NCBI GenBank assembly: GCA_963731295.1
Contig: CAVSUP010000006.1
Span: 140,827 to 204,826, forward strand
Length of the DNA: 64,000 bases
Direction of reading: 5' to 3'
DNA from: an uncultured Actinomycetota bacterium
Lineage (GTDB): Bacteria; Actinomycetota; Actinomycetes; Propionibacteriales; Propionibacteriaceae
Under the pieces are notes generated by a model. The model was not told the origin of the DNA and ran no database searches. It saw nothing but the letters and a program-made list of their open reading frames with translations. Every line of letters begins with the position of its first letter. Within the stretch, counting starts at the first letter, position 1. Below, piece after piece: positions 51,159 through 62,065 of the stretch. A program made the translations under genes and the position numbers.

Positions 51159-51959
51159 TCAGCTCGATGACGGCCATGAGCTCGGCGGCCACTGTTGGCT
51201 GCTGTCGCTCTGATCCTCAGGAGCCCGGCTCGGCGCGGCGCTCCGTGAGGTCGTGTCCTCGTCGGCTTCGTCAGCTTCGTCGGGGACGTCGTTCTCGCCC
51301 GTGAGGTCGAACAGGATGACCGCCGTGCCGTACGCGGCAACCTCGCTCAGCGACTGGGTGATCTCGCTGCAATCGAAGCGCAAGCCGACCACCGCGTCCG
51401 CGCCGGCGGCCTGGGCCATCTCGGCCAGCCGGGCGACCGCGTCCTGACGGGATTCGGTGAGCATCGTGACATACCCGTCGATCGGGTTGCCGCTGCGCAG
51501 ATCGGGGCGCAACTCGCGGGTCCGGGCCACCACGCCCACGACTTCACCCAGCACGTCGGCGATCTCGCGACCCGGGATCGTGTCCATCGTGACGACCGGC
51601 ACACTGTGGGACACCAGCGCCGGCTTCTTCGCGGCCAGCGGCTGCGGCGTCCATTGCGGCTGCGTCGGCTGCCCGTACTGCGGCTGGCCCGGTTGTCCCT
51701 GTCCCGGCTGCCCCTGTCCGGGTTGTCCCGGGCCGGGCTGACCGTACGGTGGCTGCTGAGGCTGCCCGTACGGCGATGAGGGCTGACCGTAGGGCTGCTG
51801 CGGGGGGCGCGGGGCCGACGGCTGGCCGTACGGCGGTTGCGGCTGCCCGTACGGATTGGGCTGCTGAGGCTGCCCGTACGGCTGCTGAGGATTCTGGCCG
51901 TAGGGATTCTGACCGGGCGGGTTTTGACCGGGCGGGGGCTGCTGGCCGTAATTGCTCAT
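51159..51959 (-). CDS. YbjQ/UPF0145 domain protein with long Gln/Pro/Gly/Tyr-rich N-terminus
   Basis: VVTMDTIPGREI...ADAVVGLRFD...VAAYGTAV; N-terminal PYGQP repeats. Confidence 0.85.
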   Translation of the reverse strand: MSNYGQQPPPGQNPPGQNPYGQNPQQPYGQPQQPNPYGQPQPPYGQPSAPRPPQQPYGQPSSPYGQPQQPPYGQPGPGQPGQGQPGQGQPGQPQYGQPTQPQWTPQPLAAKKPALVSHSVPVVTMDTIPGREIADVLGEVVGVVARTRELRPDLRSGNPIDGYVTMLTESRQDAVARLAEMAQAAGADAVVGLRFDCSEITQSLSEVAAYGTAVILFDLTGENDVPDEADEADEDTTSRSAAPSRAPEDQSDSSQQWPPSSWPSSS

Positions 51960-52003
51960 GCGGACAAAGATAGCGACCTCCCGATCGGCCGCGGTCGCGG
52001 GAA

Positions 52004-55000
52004 TCAGCGGGCGCTGAAGTAGTCGTGCAGGTCGCCGAGTGGCGCATAGCCCAGCCGGCAGCTCGGTGGGGGTCCGGCCACCGGGGTGGTGCCGGGAGCG
52101 GTCGGCGGCCGCGGGGCGCAATGCGCCTCGAGTTGCTGGGTGATCGCGGTGTTCAAGGTGATCCGGCTGGCGTGGGACAGCGCCCAGCCGAGCGGGGCCG
52201 CGACCTCCGGCACCGGCAGTCGGTCGATCACGATGACCCGTTGGGCGAATTTCGCCTCCAGGCTCGGGCACGGATCGGTGCCCCCTCCGGTCGGCGCAGC
52301 GCAGAAGTTGTCGATCGACACTGACTTCTGGGCCCGTTCGAGCAGCGCGGCCGCTCCCGACAGCGAGCTTCCGCCCTTCAGATAGGTGGTGATCGGCAAG
52401 GACACTTCGCTGACCGGTCCCTGGTTGAGGGTCGGATGGGTCAGGTGGGGATCGCCGTTGGCGAGATACACCACGATCGGCACGACGTACGGCAAGGTCT
52501 GGTCAGCCATCGCCCGCTGATTGTGGTCCCGGACCAGGGCCGCCCAGTTCGGGGCCAGATCGGTGATGGTCGCCAAGCCGCTGTTCTCGAGATAGCCGCC
52601 GTCGACCAGCTGGGTCCGCGGCCAGTACGGGGCGGACGCCTGCTCCTTCCTCCCCCGATCCGGGCAGGGCCCGATGACCGCCGCCCGGCGTCACGTAGGG
52701 GAACCGCGCCGTGAGCAGGGCGGCCGTCGCCGCCGGGATATCGCCGAGGCAGCCAGGAATCGGAGCGCTCGGTGCGCCCCCGCCGGTGTAGGGCCCGTAG
52801 GTGCTGAACAGATCGATCGTTCGGGCGGCCGGGCCGGGCACCTTGTCGCAGTTGTTCTCCGGATCTGACCTGGGCGCCGGCCGGGCGGCCGTCTCCGAGA
52901 AGCTCACCTGGCTCAGCCACACTCGGCAGGTCCCCTCGACACTCGTCGAGTTCAAGATCAACGCGCCGGTCGCCGGCGAGGGGTCCGGGTCGCTCAGGTA
53001 GGACCGGCTGCCCCACGGCGGACCGTCGCGGTCGTACGAGTCGGTCCAGCCGGCCTCGATCAGCCCGGCCCGGTCGACCCAGGCCCACGGCCGGGACGCC
53101 GCGAGGGGCTGGGCGAAAGGGACCCCGGTCGCGCCGTAGAAGGTGTCGCGGACGAAGGTTCCGTCGGCGGCGGCCGACAAGGTGGATTCCTCGGCCATCT
53201 GCTGCACTGCTTCGACGGCGCGTACGCCACCGGGGTCGGCCCGGTTGCCGCTGAACCGGGCAATCGTCAATCCCACCGATCCGCCGCTCGCGCCGGTCGA
53301 GAACAGCACCGACTTGCTGGCGCAGGTGTCGCGGCCCAGCTCCTCCAGGCCGCGAACGGTCCAGTACGCGGCCCGGATGCCGCCGCCCTCGGCGGCGATC
53401 ATCAGCATGGGCCGCACCTGGCGGGCGCCGAAGGGAACATTGCAGCCGTCCTGGGCGCCGACCCAGGAGCCGAACGTGTCCGCCAGGCTGGGTCGGACGT
53501 CGGCGTGCGGGCTGGCGGCGCCGCGATTCATCTGGTGGATCGTGCCGGTGCCGCTCAAGGCGCCGACCAGGACCAACGTGCCCGCGAAGACCGTGACCAG
53601 CGGCGTACGTCGAAAACCGAGCGCGAGGAATACCTCCGCCGGCTTCTGGCCCTGCATCAACAGACCCATCGCCGATACGAGCCCGGTCAGCGCGCCGATC
53701 GCCAGCACCGCCGTAGCGGCCAGTCCCAGCTCGGACGCCAGTTGTGGGAACAGACCGAGGGCGGCGAAGATCGCGAACCAGCCGATGAACAGCGCCCGGC
53801 CGACCTTGAATGAGCTCAACGTGGTCAGCTTTGGGAGCGAGCGCTGGGCGACCCGGGCGGCGATCGTGATCAACCAGGGCAGCACGATCCCACCGAAGCC
53901 GGTGAGCAACCACCCCCGAGTCTGTCCGAGATCGACGATCAGCGGACGCGTGGCGGACTGGGCTCCGAACTGGTCACGGAGCAGCCAGATCGGCACGAAC
54001 GCCCGGATCAGCCCGAGGCCGGCCACGACCACCACCGCGGCAGTCGCCGCGTTGCCGACAAACCGCACCGCAGCCAGGTTGGCGGCGTCCATGAGCGGCG
54101 GCCGGTACGGCGACAGGGCCGCTGACCACAGACACCGGATCAGGACCGAGATGCCGATGATCAGCACAGGCACGCCCACGAAGGCCAGGCTGCGGGGCCA
54201 GACCAGCTGGCCGAGACCTAGCTCCACGCCACTGATTCGCTGATAGAGCCAGCCGGCCGCCCAGCCGCCCGCAGCAAGGAGAACGACCGCGACCGGGACG
54301 AGCCACACGCGCAGCAGAGCCTTCGGTGCGGCCGACCCTTCCTCCGCGGCCTCGCCGGCCGCGACGGCGTCCTGTTCGGCCAACCGATCCTGGGCGTACC
54401 CGATCCTGATCCGGGTGCTCAGGTACACCGAAGTGGTCAAGATCAACACGGCGGCGATGGCCCACATGGCCTGCGGATCGAGCTCGGCGGCGTTGGCCCA
54501 GGACCGCTCCACGTCGGGCAGCTGCTCGAGGATCGCTGCGCCGGCCAGCACACTGAGGACGAAGATGATCAAGCTCGGGAGCACGGAGAATCGCTGGTGC
54601 TGGATCGCCCGCCAGGCGCGGCTCACCGTCGTGCGGTTGATCATCGCCGGGTGGGTCGGCCGCTGGGTGGCGATCCGCAGCACCAGCACCAGGACCATGA
54701 TCAACAGTGCCAGCCACTTCGTTTCGGTGGCGTACACCAGCGCATTGATCGATCCCTGCCCGCCGGTCACGGTCCGGGCCAGCCGGTCCTCGACCACGTC
54801 GGCCGCCACCAGGACGACGAGCGGCAATCCGGCACACAGCCACCACCACGAACGGCACACCGCGATCATGATCAACGCGAACAAGATTGTGTAGGCGGCA
54901 ATGTAGAGGGCATCTGCGTGCAGGTGGAGGGCCAGCAGAGCGTCGAACCGTTGCCCGTCCGGTGACCATGCGGGGCCGCGGCTGATCTGCTCCCAACCCT

Positions 55001-55199
55001 GCCGGCTCTGACCGGTGAACGCCCGCGGTCCGAACAGCAGCCCGAACGACCAGTTGACGCCGTTGACATCGAGCACCCGCTCGGACTGGGTGTTCAGCGC
55101 GGTGAACACCACCATCAGGCCGACCAGGGCCGAGACCAACAGGCCCACCAGATAGCCGGCGATATCTCCACGGCGCTGGCTGCCCAGCAGAATCGTCAT
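52004..55199 (-). CDS. Polytopic membrane protein with C-terminal patatin-like phospholipase domain (~1064 aa); one +1 frameshift (~52681)
   Basis: AAEGGGIRAAYW oxyanion loop, TGASGGSVG nucleophile elbow, DGGYLENSG after removing one G; ~10-12 N-terminal TMs. Confidence 0.75.
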
Positions 55200-55263
55200 C
55201 GATCGCCCCCAACGACGATCTTGGCCCGATCGGCGGCGTTGCGCTAGTGCGACACGGTCACGG

Positions 55264-56115
55264 TCACCCGAGCTCGGTCATCTCCACGGTGACGAACATC
55301 TCCGAAGCGCCGCCGGCGTAGGTGCCACGCAACGGCGCGACGTCGCCGTAGTCGCGACCGTTCCCGACCCGGACGTAGTGATCGGTGAGCCGGGTCCGCA
55401 AGGTCGGGTCGTACGCGACCCAGCTCCCGCACCACCACTCGATCCAGGAGTGGCTCTCCCCGCTGACCATGGTGTTCGCCTCGCCCGCGCCCGGATGCAG
55501 ATAGCCCGAGACATAGCGGGCCGGCAGACCGACCGAGCGCAGCGCCCCCAGTGCGACGTGACTGTAGTCCTGGCAGACCCCGCGGCCGAGCTCCCAGACC
55601 TGGCGGGCGGTGCTGTTCACCTCGGTCGAGCCGCGCCGGTAGGTCAGATGATCATGAATGAGGCCACAGATGTCGAGGCCGGTCAGCCGGGGCGAGGGGC
55701 CGACCGCGGCGGCGGCGAGCTGGAGCAACTCGTCGGGGGCCCGGGTCCGATCGGTGACGACCAGGTACTCGGTCATGGTGTCGATCACGCCGCGGTCCCG
55801 CAGCGCCGGCCAGCCCAGATCATTGGTCGCGATCCGCCGGTCGAGGTCCCAGGGAAGATCATCGCCGTGGGTCTCGACGACGCCCTGGGCGTGCACGGTC
55901 AGGCGCTGATGCGGCTCGTGCAACTCGAACGTCGTCACTGTCGTGCCCCAGTAATCCACGTAGGTGAAGCTCCAGGCCGCCGGTTCGATGCTGACTCGGC
56001 TGCTCCACACCGTCTGGTGTTCCGATCCCACCGGGGTCATCCGAGCCTCGTTGTAGGACGAGGAAACCTTGGAGGCGTACCGGAATCCGGTCTGATGATC
56101 GATGCTCAGCCGCAT
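55264..56115 (-). CDS. Transglutaminase family protein (Bact_transglu_N + core)
   Basis: SYNEARMTP, GVCQDYSH, ARYVSGY, SHSW, GRDYGDVAP. Confidence 0.92.
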   Translation of the reverse strand: MRLSIDHQTGFRYASKVSSSYNEARMTPVGSEHQTVWSSRVSIEPAAWSFTYVDYWGTTVTTFELHEPHQRLTVHAQGVVETHGDDLPWDLDRRIATNDLGWPALRDRGVIDTMTEYLVVTDRTRAPDELLQLAAAAVGPSPRLTGLDICGLIHDHLTYRRGSTEVNSTARQVWELGRGVCQDYSHVALGALRSVGLPARYVSGYLHPGAGEANTMVSGESHSWIEWWCGSWVAYDPTLRTRLTDHYVRVGNGRDYGDVAPLRGTYAGGASEMFVTVEMTELG

Positions 56116-56117
56116 GG

Positions 56118-57044
56118 CTATCGCGTCCCTTCGGTGATCCAGGCCATGGGGTCAGCCGCGGCGAAGTAGTTCCTCGCCACCGCGCCGGTGATCTCGGCAG
56201 CCACGTCCTGGACGGCGGCCATCTCCTCGTCCAGGTTGTCGACCAGGTCGCTGACATCGGAGTACTCCAGGTGCGCGCGCAACTGGCCGAGTGCTCGCTC
56301 GGCGGAGCCGGACTGGCGTACCGACACATTGTTCTGGCTGATCTTCCGCAGACTGTCGGAGGCGGCGATCAGGCCGTGCATGATCGACCGGGGAAAGCGC
56401 GAGTCCAAGATCAGGAACTGCGCGGCTTCCCGGTCGGTGTGTACGCCGGGATAGGTCCGCAAGAAGGCGTCGTGGCCACCGCAGCCGCGCAGCACCGACG
56501 GCCACTGGGTGCTGCCGCCGGCCAGGGACGCCGAGGCCACGAGCCGTGAGGTCATGTCGACCTGCTCGAGCGAGCGCCCCATCGACATGAACTGCCAGCC
56601 GTCGTCGCGGACCATGATGCTGCGGGAGATGCCGGCGAACAGGGCGCTGCGGTCGCGGGCCCAGTTCAGATGGGTGTGGGCCGCGGTGACTCCGGCCCCG
56701 CCGGTCGGCAGCTGCTGCCAGGTGCCGTTGATGCATTCCCACAGATCAAGGGGAATGACCTCGCGGGCCCGGCGGGCGTTATCGCGGGCGGCGGCCCAGC
56801 AGGAGTTGATCGACGTCGACTCGGACGCGTCGTACACAAGGACCCGAAGCAGGTCCTGATGAGTGGGATTCTCGACATGATCGACACTCATCAACGCCAG
56901 CAGGTTCCGGCAGGCATCGACCTCGATCGACGAGGTGTCCTCGACCAGCAGCCGCAGATGGCTCTGCAGCAGTCGCGCGGTGTCGTCGGCCCGCTCGACG
57001 TACCGGCCGATCCAGAACAGGGATTCGGCGATCCGGCTCAGCAT
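56118..57044 (-). CDS. Alpha-E domain-containing protein
   Basis: MLSRIAESLFWIGRYVERADDTAR, ARDNARRARE, FPRSI. Confidence 0.92.
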   Translation of the reverse strand: MLSRIAESLFWIGRYVERADDTARLLQSHLRLLVEDTSSIEVDACRNLLALMSVDHVENPTHQDLLRVLVYDASESTSINSCWAAARDNARRAREVIPLDLWECINGTWQQLPTGGAGVTAAHTHLNWARDRSALFAGISRSIMVRDDGWQFMSMGRSLEQVDMTSRLVASASLAGGSTQWPSVLRGCGGHDAFLRTYPGVHTDREAAQFLILDSRFPRSIMHGLIAASDSLRKISQNNVSVRQSGSAERALGQLRAHLEYSDVSDLVDNLDEEMAAVQDVAAEITGAVARNYFAAADPMAWITEGTR

Positions 57045-58735
57045 GCCGGTCCACCCCCTCGAACAAACTGCTGTTGTTGTTCTTCCTGCTGGCGGAGGTG
57101 CTCGGTGCGTTTGGGCATCACGCCGACGGGAACCCGCGACACGGCCATCGGCACCGGCGCCGGCGTAGGCGGCGGGGTGGCCGGCGGGCTCGGTTGATCA
57201 TCACCGGGTGCGTCGTCGGGCTCCGCCGCAACCCGAGCGGCCGGCGGACTCAGTTGATCATCTTCGACCGCGTCCTCGGGCTCCTCGATCACGACGCGGT
57301 GGGCCGGCGGGCTCAGCACCCAGGTGTCCTTGCTGCCACCGCCCTGACTGCTGTTGACGACCAGTTCACCGCGCGGGAGGGCCACCCGGGTGAGACCACC
57401 GGGCAACACCCAGACGCTCTCGCCGTTGTTCACCGCGAACGGACGAAGATCAACATGGCGCGGCTCGAGATCGTCGTCGATCAAGGTCGGCACCGTCGAG
57501 AGCTGCACCACGGGCTGGGCGATCCAGCCGCGCGGGTCAGCGGTCACCCGCTGGCGGAGCGCGTCCAGCTCGTCCTTCGTCGCCCGCGGACCGATCACGA
57601 TGCCCTTCCCGCCCGAGCCGTCGACGGGTTTGACCACGAGCTCGTCCAGCCGGTCCAGCACCTCCTCGCGGGCCTCGTCGTCCTCGAGGCGCCAGGTGTC
57701 GACGTTGGCGATGATCGGTTCCTGGCGGAGGTAGTAGCGGATCAGATCGGGCACGTAGGTGTAGATCAATTTGTCGTCGGCGACCCCGTTGCCGATCGCA
57801 TTGGCCAACGCGACCCCTCCGGTGCGCACCGCATTGACCAGGCCGGGTACGCCGAGCATCGAGTCGCTGCGGAAGTGCACCGGGTCGATGAAATCGTCGT
57901 CGATCCGCCGATAGATCACGTCGACCCGCTGCAGCCCGGCGGTGGTCCGCATGAAGACTTTGCCGCGCCGGCATTCCAGATCACGGCCCTCGACCAGTTC
58001 GACGCCCATGGTCCGGGCCAGCAGCGTGTGCTCGAAGTAGGCCGAGTTGTAGACGCCGGGTGTCAGGACGACCACCGTGGGCTGATCGATGCCCGGAGCG
58101 GCGGCCATCCGTAGCGCCTTGAGCAGCCGGGTGGGATAACTGGCCACGGCCCGGATCCGCTGATTGGCGAAGGCGTCGGGCATGGCGGTGATCATCGCGC
58201 TGCGATTGGTCATCACGTACGAGACGCCGCTCGGCACCCGGACGTTGTCCTCGAGCACGCGTACGTCGCCGTCCGGAGTGCGGATCAGATCGACGCCGGC
58301 GACATGGATCCGGACGCCGTTGCCGGGCTGGACCCCCCACACGGCGCGGTGATAGTGGTTGGACGAGGTGACGAGCTGACTCGGGATGACCCCGTCGGAG
58401 ATCACCCGGGCGCTGGAGTAGACGTCGGCGAGGAAGGCCTCGAGCGCCTTCACCCGCTGGGCGACCCCCGCCTCGACCGTCTCCCACTCTCCGGAGGCGA
58501 TCACCCGCGGGACGAGGTCGAGCGGGAAGGGTCGCTCCACCCCGCCGACGTCGAAGGTCACCCCGGCCCGGATGTAGTTGTGAGCGAGCGATTCGGCGAT
58601 CCCGCGGAGCTCGAGTGCGGTGGATTGCTTCAGCGTGGTGTAGACCGCTCGATACGAGGGCCGTACGCTGCCTTCACCGTCGATCATCTCGTCGAACGCT
58701 TCACCGGCCCGGTAGTTGGAAAGCACGTCCGCCAT
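57038..58735 (-). CDS. Circularly permuted type 2 ATP-grasp protein
   Basis: VLEDNVRVPSGVSY, NSAYFEH, DVIYRRIDD, VVKPVDGSGGKG, HVDLRPF, VNSSQGGGSKDTW; Gln-rich tail. Confidence 0.93.
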   Translation of the reverse strand: MADVLSNYRAGEAFDEMIDGEGSVRPSYRAVYTTLKQSTALELRGIAESLAHNYIRAGVTFDVGGVERPFPLDLVPRVIASGEWETVEAGVAQRVKALEAFLADVYSSARVISDGVIPSQLVTSSNHYHRAVWGVQPGNGVRIHVAGVDLIRTPDGDVRVLEDNVRVPSGVSYVMTNRSAMITAMPDAFANQRIRAVASYPTRLLKALRMAAAPGIDQPTVVVLTPGVYNSAYFEHTLLARTMGVELVEGRDLECRRGKVFMRTTAGLQRVDVIYRRIDDDFIDPVHFRSDSMLGVPGLVNAVRTGGVALANAIGNGVADDKLIYTYVPDLIRYYLRQEPIIANVDTWRLEDDEAREEVLDRLDELVVKPVDGSGGKGIVIGPRATKDELDALRQRVTADPRGWIAQPVVQLSTVPTLIDDDLEPRHVDLRPFAVNNGESVWVLPGGLTRVALPRGELVVNSSQGGGSKDTWVLSPPAHRVVIEEPEDAVEDDQLSPPAARVAAEPDDAPGDDQPSPPATPPPTPAPVPMAVSRVPVGVMPKRTEHLRQQEEQQQQFVRGGGPAC

Positions 58736-58863
58736 AGGCCGGAGCCTACTCAATCTCGCGTTAACCCTGCGTTAACACCCAGTCGGAGGAGATCAGCTGA
58801 GGGTTGGTCCGGGGGCTCGAAACTCCCGGTTCGCACCACGTCGTGAGGGCCTATGCTGACGCG

Positions 58864-60391
58864 GTGCCCGACCAACCTTCCGCACCCGCTGTCGACGAGA
58901 CGGGCAGCGACCTGCCCGAGCAGATCCGGGTGCGGCAGGACAAGCGGGCCAGGATCTTGGCTGAGGGGCGCCAGCCGTATCCGGTGAGCGTGCCGCGGAC
59001 CCACGAGTTGCGTGCCGTGCGGGCCCGATGGGCCGAGCTGGAAACGGGTGAGGAGACCGAGGACGTGGTCGGCATCACCGGTCGGGTCGTCTTCGTCCGC
59101 AACACCGGCAAGCTTTGCTTCGCCACCCTGCAGGAAGGGCTGTCGCAGACCGACTCGGGGGCGCGGCTGCAGGTCATGCTGTCGCTCGCCGAGGTCGGCG
59201 AGGAGGCGCTGGCCGGCTGGAAGGCCGATGTCGATCTCGGCGATTTCGTCTTCGTGCGCGGCCGCGTGATCTCGTCGCGACGGGGCGAGTTGTCCGTGCT
59301 CGCTCTCGAGTGGCAGCTCGCCTCCAAAGCCCTGCGACCGATGCCCCGCGTCGATTCGGTGCTGTCGGACGAGAACCGGGTACGCCAACGGCATGTCGAT
59401 CTCACCGTCCGGGAGGCTGCTCGTGACCTGGTCCGGACGCGCGCCGCGATCACCCGGAGCGTGCGCGAGACCTTGCATCGGGACGGGTACGTCGAGATCG
59501 AGACCCCGGTGCTCCAACTGGTGCACGGCGGGGCTAACGCTCGCCCGTTCAACACCCACCTGAACGCGTTCGACATCGACATGACGCTGCGCATCGCGCT
59601 GGAGCTGTTCTTGAAGCGGGCCGCGGTCGGCGGGGTCGAGCGGGTCTATGAGATGGGCCGGATCTTCCGCAACGAGGGCATCGACTCCACCCACAGCGCG
59701 GAGTTCACCATGCTCGAGGTCTATCAGGCCTGGGGTGATCAGCGGACGATCGCCGACGTCGTGCAGAGGATCATCACTCGACGTCGCGGACCTGCTCGGG
59801 TCGCGGACGATCGAGACTCCGGACGGGATGATCGATCTTGACGGCGAGTGGCGCTGGCTGGGGGTCTATCCCGGCCTGTCGGAGGTGCTCGGGATCGAGG
59901 TCACGCCGCGTACCGAACTGGACCAGTTGCGCGCCATCGCGGAGGACCACGAGGTGAGCTACGAGCGAGAGTGGACCGAGCAGAAGTTGATCATGCACCT
60001 GTTCGGCGAGTTGGTCGAGCCGACCCTGCTCCAGCCGACCTTCGTCTGCGACTACCCGCCGCTCGCGCAGCCGCTGGCCCGGCCGCACCGCAGCGATCCC
60101 GATCTGATCGAGGCCTGGGACCTGATCATCGGTGGGATGGAACGCGGCACCGGGTTCTCGGAGTTGATCGATCCGGTGATCCAGCGGGAACGCCTCACCG
60201 AGCAGTCACTCGCCGCGGCCGCCGGTGATCAGGAAGCGATGCAGCTCGACGAGGATTTCCTGGCCGCGCTGGAATTCGGCGCGCCGCCGATGGGTGGCCT
60301 CGGGCTGGGCATCGATCGCCTGGTCATGCTGTTCACGTCGGTCGGCATCCGCGAAACGATCTTGTTCCCGCTGCTCAAACCCGGTCCCTGA
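58864..60391 (+). CDS. lysS: Lysine--tRNA ligase (class II); one +1 frameshift (~59776)
   Basis: OB-fold [38 protein letters not shown]; removing one A gives 509 codons. Confidence 0.92.
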
Positions 60392-60447
60392 CGTCGCCGA
60401 TCCCGGACGCCGACGGCCAAGCTGATCGCATTCCCAGCTGCGGCGCT

Positions 60448-60948
60448 TCAACGGGCGAGCGAAACCTCAGGGCTCTTCGGGGAGCTGAAGTGTGCACAGG
60501 CTTCGCAGACATCGCTGGGGATGACCCCGATGGCCATCAGCCGGCTGAACAGCCAGCAGCCGGCGCAGAATCCGGCCACCGATTCCAGCAGGGCGAAGAC
60601 CAGCAACACCGCAATCAGCACGGTCCCGAGCAGGTGCGCGCCGAACCCGAGCGACCCGACCGCGGCCACCGAGGTCAGGGCGAGGCCGATGGCTTGAGCG
60701 AAACGCTTCGGCGGTCCCGGGACGAACTTCGGCATGCCGAGCCGCGGCGCAACGACCCGGGTGGTGAACTGACCCAGCAGGCTGAGCTTCGGGCCGGTCA
60801 GCACCCGGGCCAGGAAGCCCAGAGCCAGGATGGCGATCAGCCAATGCCAGCCGGAGACCAGCGTGAGAACGGCCAGCAACGCGACGCCGGCCGCCACGGT
60901 CCGAGCCGCCTTCTCGTTCACCGGATTCGGAAAGCCGAAGATCCCCAT
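60448..60948 (-). CDS. DUF4395 family membrane protein with CxxC motifs
   Basis: FPNPVNEKAAR, PKRFAQAIG, GFCAGCWLF, CEAC. Confidence 0.85.
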   Translation of the reverse strand: MGIFGFPNPVNEKAARTVAAGVALLAVLTLVSGWHWLIAILALGFLARVLTGPKLSLLGQFTTRVVAPRLGMPKFVPGPPKRFAQAIGLALTSVAAVGSLGFGAHLLGTVLIAVLLVFALLESVAGFCAGCWLFSRLMAIGVIPSDVCEACAHFSSPKSPEVSLAR

Positions 60949-60973
60949 GGGTGCGGATCGTACCTCACAACGC

Positions 60974-62065
60974 CTAGTGACTTACTAGGGAAGCGTCCGG
61001 CAGGAGCAGGCAGGAGTCACCGAACTCGTGCCACCGATAGCGCTCGGACACCGCGGCGTCGTACGCGGCCTGCGTCAGCGCGCTCCCGGCCACCGACTCC
61101 ACCAGCAGCAGATGCGATGCCTCCGGGTTGTGCCAGCCCGTAATCAATCCATCCACGATCCGGACGGGCCGGTCCGGCGAGATCACCAGCTCGGTCCAGC
61201 CCGAGCTCTCGACCACGACGCCGTCCGGGCCGGTGGCTGATTCGATCGCCCGGGTGGCCGTCGTGCCGACGGCGATCACCCGATTGCCGCGGGCTCGGGC
61301 GGCGTTGACCAGATCGGCCGAGCTCCGGCTCACCGCGTACCACTCGGCCTGCGGCGCCTCACCGGCATCCTGGGAGGACAGCCCGGTGTGCAGGGTGATC
61401 GGCGCGAAGATCACGCCGGCGGCGACGAGGCGAGCCACCAACTCCGGGCTGAACGGACGTCCCGCGCTCGGCATCTCGGCGCTACCCGGATGCCGGGCGA
61501 AGATCGTCTGGTACGCCTCGATCGGGAAGCGATCGGACAGGTACCCGTAGCTGATCGGCCGGGCATGCCGGTGCCGATAGGTCAGCAATCGCCCGGGCAC
61601 GCGTACCTGACCGCGCCACAACCGGTTGCCGCGGCCGGAGGGTGACGATCCTGGCTCCGGGTAGGGCGCCAGCAGGGTGAGCGAACCGCCGGCCGGCAGC
61701 TCGAGGTGTTCACCCGGACGCCCATCGAGCACCGGCCGACCGGCATCGGGAGCCGTCCGCAGCTCCACCACTCGGGTGCCGTCGGCCAGCTGATTGGCCA
61801 GATGGACGATGGTCGGCCGCCCGTCGCGCCAGGCGTCCAGCTGCCCCGGCAGGGTCGCGGAGGTGTTGATCAGCACCACGTCACCGGCGCGCAGATGATC
61901 ACCCAACCGGTCGAACCGGGTGTGCTCGAGGCCGGCTCGCCGGGCGACCAGCAGCCGGACCTGATCCCGCCGCAGTCCCCGACGCTCGGGCGGCGCCGTC
62001 GCGGTGAAGTCGTCCGGGGAAGCGAAGTGCGTCGTCGGCGTCGTCGGCAGCAGCGTGGCCGTCAT
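60974..62065 (-). CDS. queA: Actinobacterial QueA-like protein (SAM:tRNA ribosyltransferase-isomerase family)
   Basis: PPERRGLRRDQVRLLV, YQTIFA, SAEMPSAGRPF, TLHTG, AVGTTATRAIES, YRWHEFGDSCL. Confidence 0.8.
   Translation of the reverse strand: MTATLLPTTPTTHFASPDDFTATAPPERRGLRRDQVRLLVARRAGLEHTRFDRLGDHLRAGDVVLINTSATLPGQLDAWRDGRPTIVHLANQLADGTRVVELRTAPDAGRPVLDGRPGEHLELPAGGSLTLLAPYPEPGSSPSGRGNRLWRGQVRVPGRLLTYRHRHARPISYGYLSDRFPIEAYQTIFARHPGSAEMPSAGRPFSPELVARLVAAGVIFAPITLHTGLSSQDAGEAPQAEWYAVSRSSADLVNAARARGNRVIAVGTTATRAIESATGPDGVVVESSGWTELVISPDRPVRIVDGLITGWHNPEASHLLLVESVAGSALTQAAYDAAVSERYRWHEFGDSCLLLPDASLVSH

Noticed and set aside
52004-55199. Patatin as a CBASS-type defence effector
   Set aside because: No CD-NTase or other defence genes nearby; the architecture differs from soluble CapV
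59761-59790. Programmed +1 frameshifting in lysS
   Set aside because: No slippery run or stimulatory hairpin at the site; five other identical +1 events in unrelated genes point to sequencing error
60974-62065. Evidence for a queuosine biosynthesis pathway
   Set aside because: No tgt, queC/D/E/F or queG/H in the window; the protein belongs to a divergent actinobacterial clade with unproven activity
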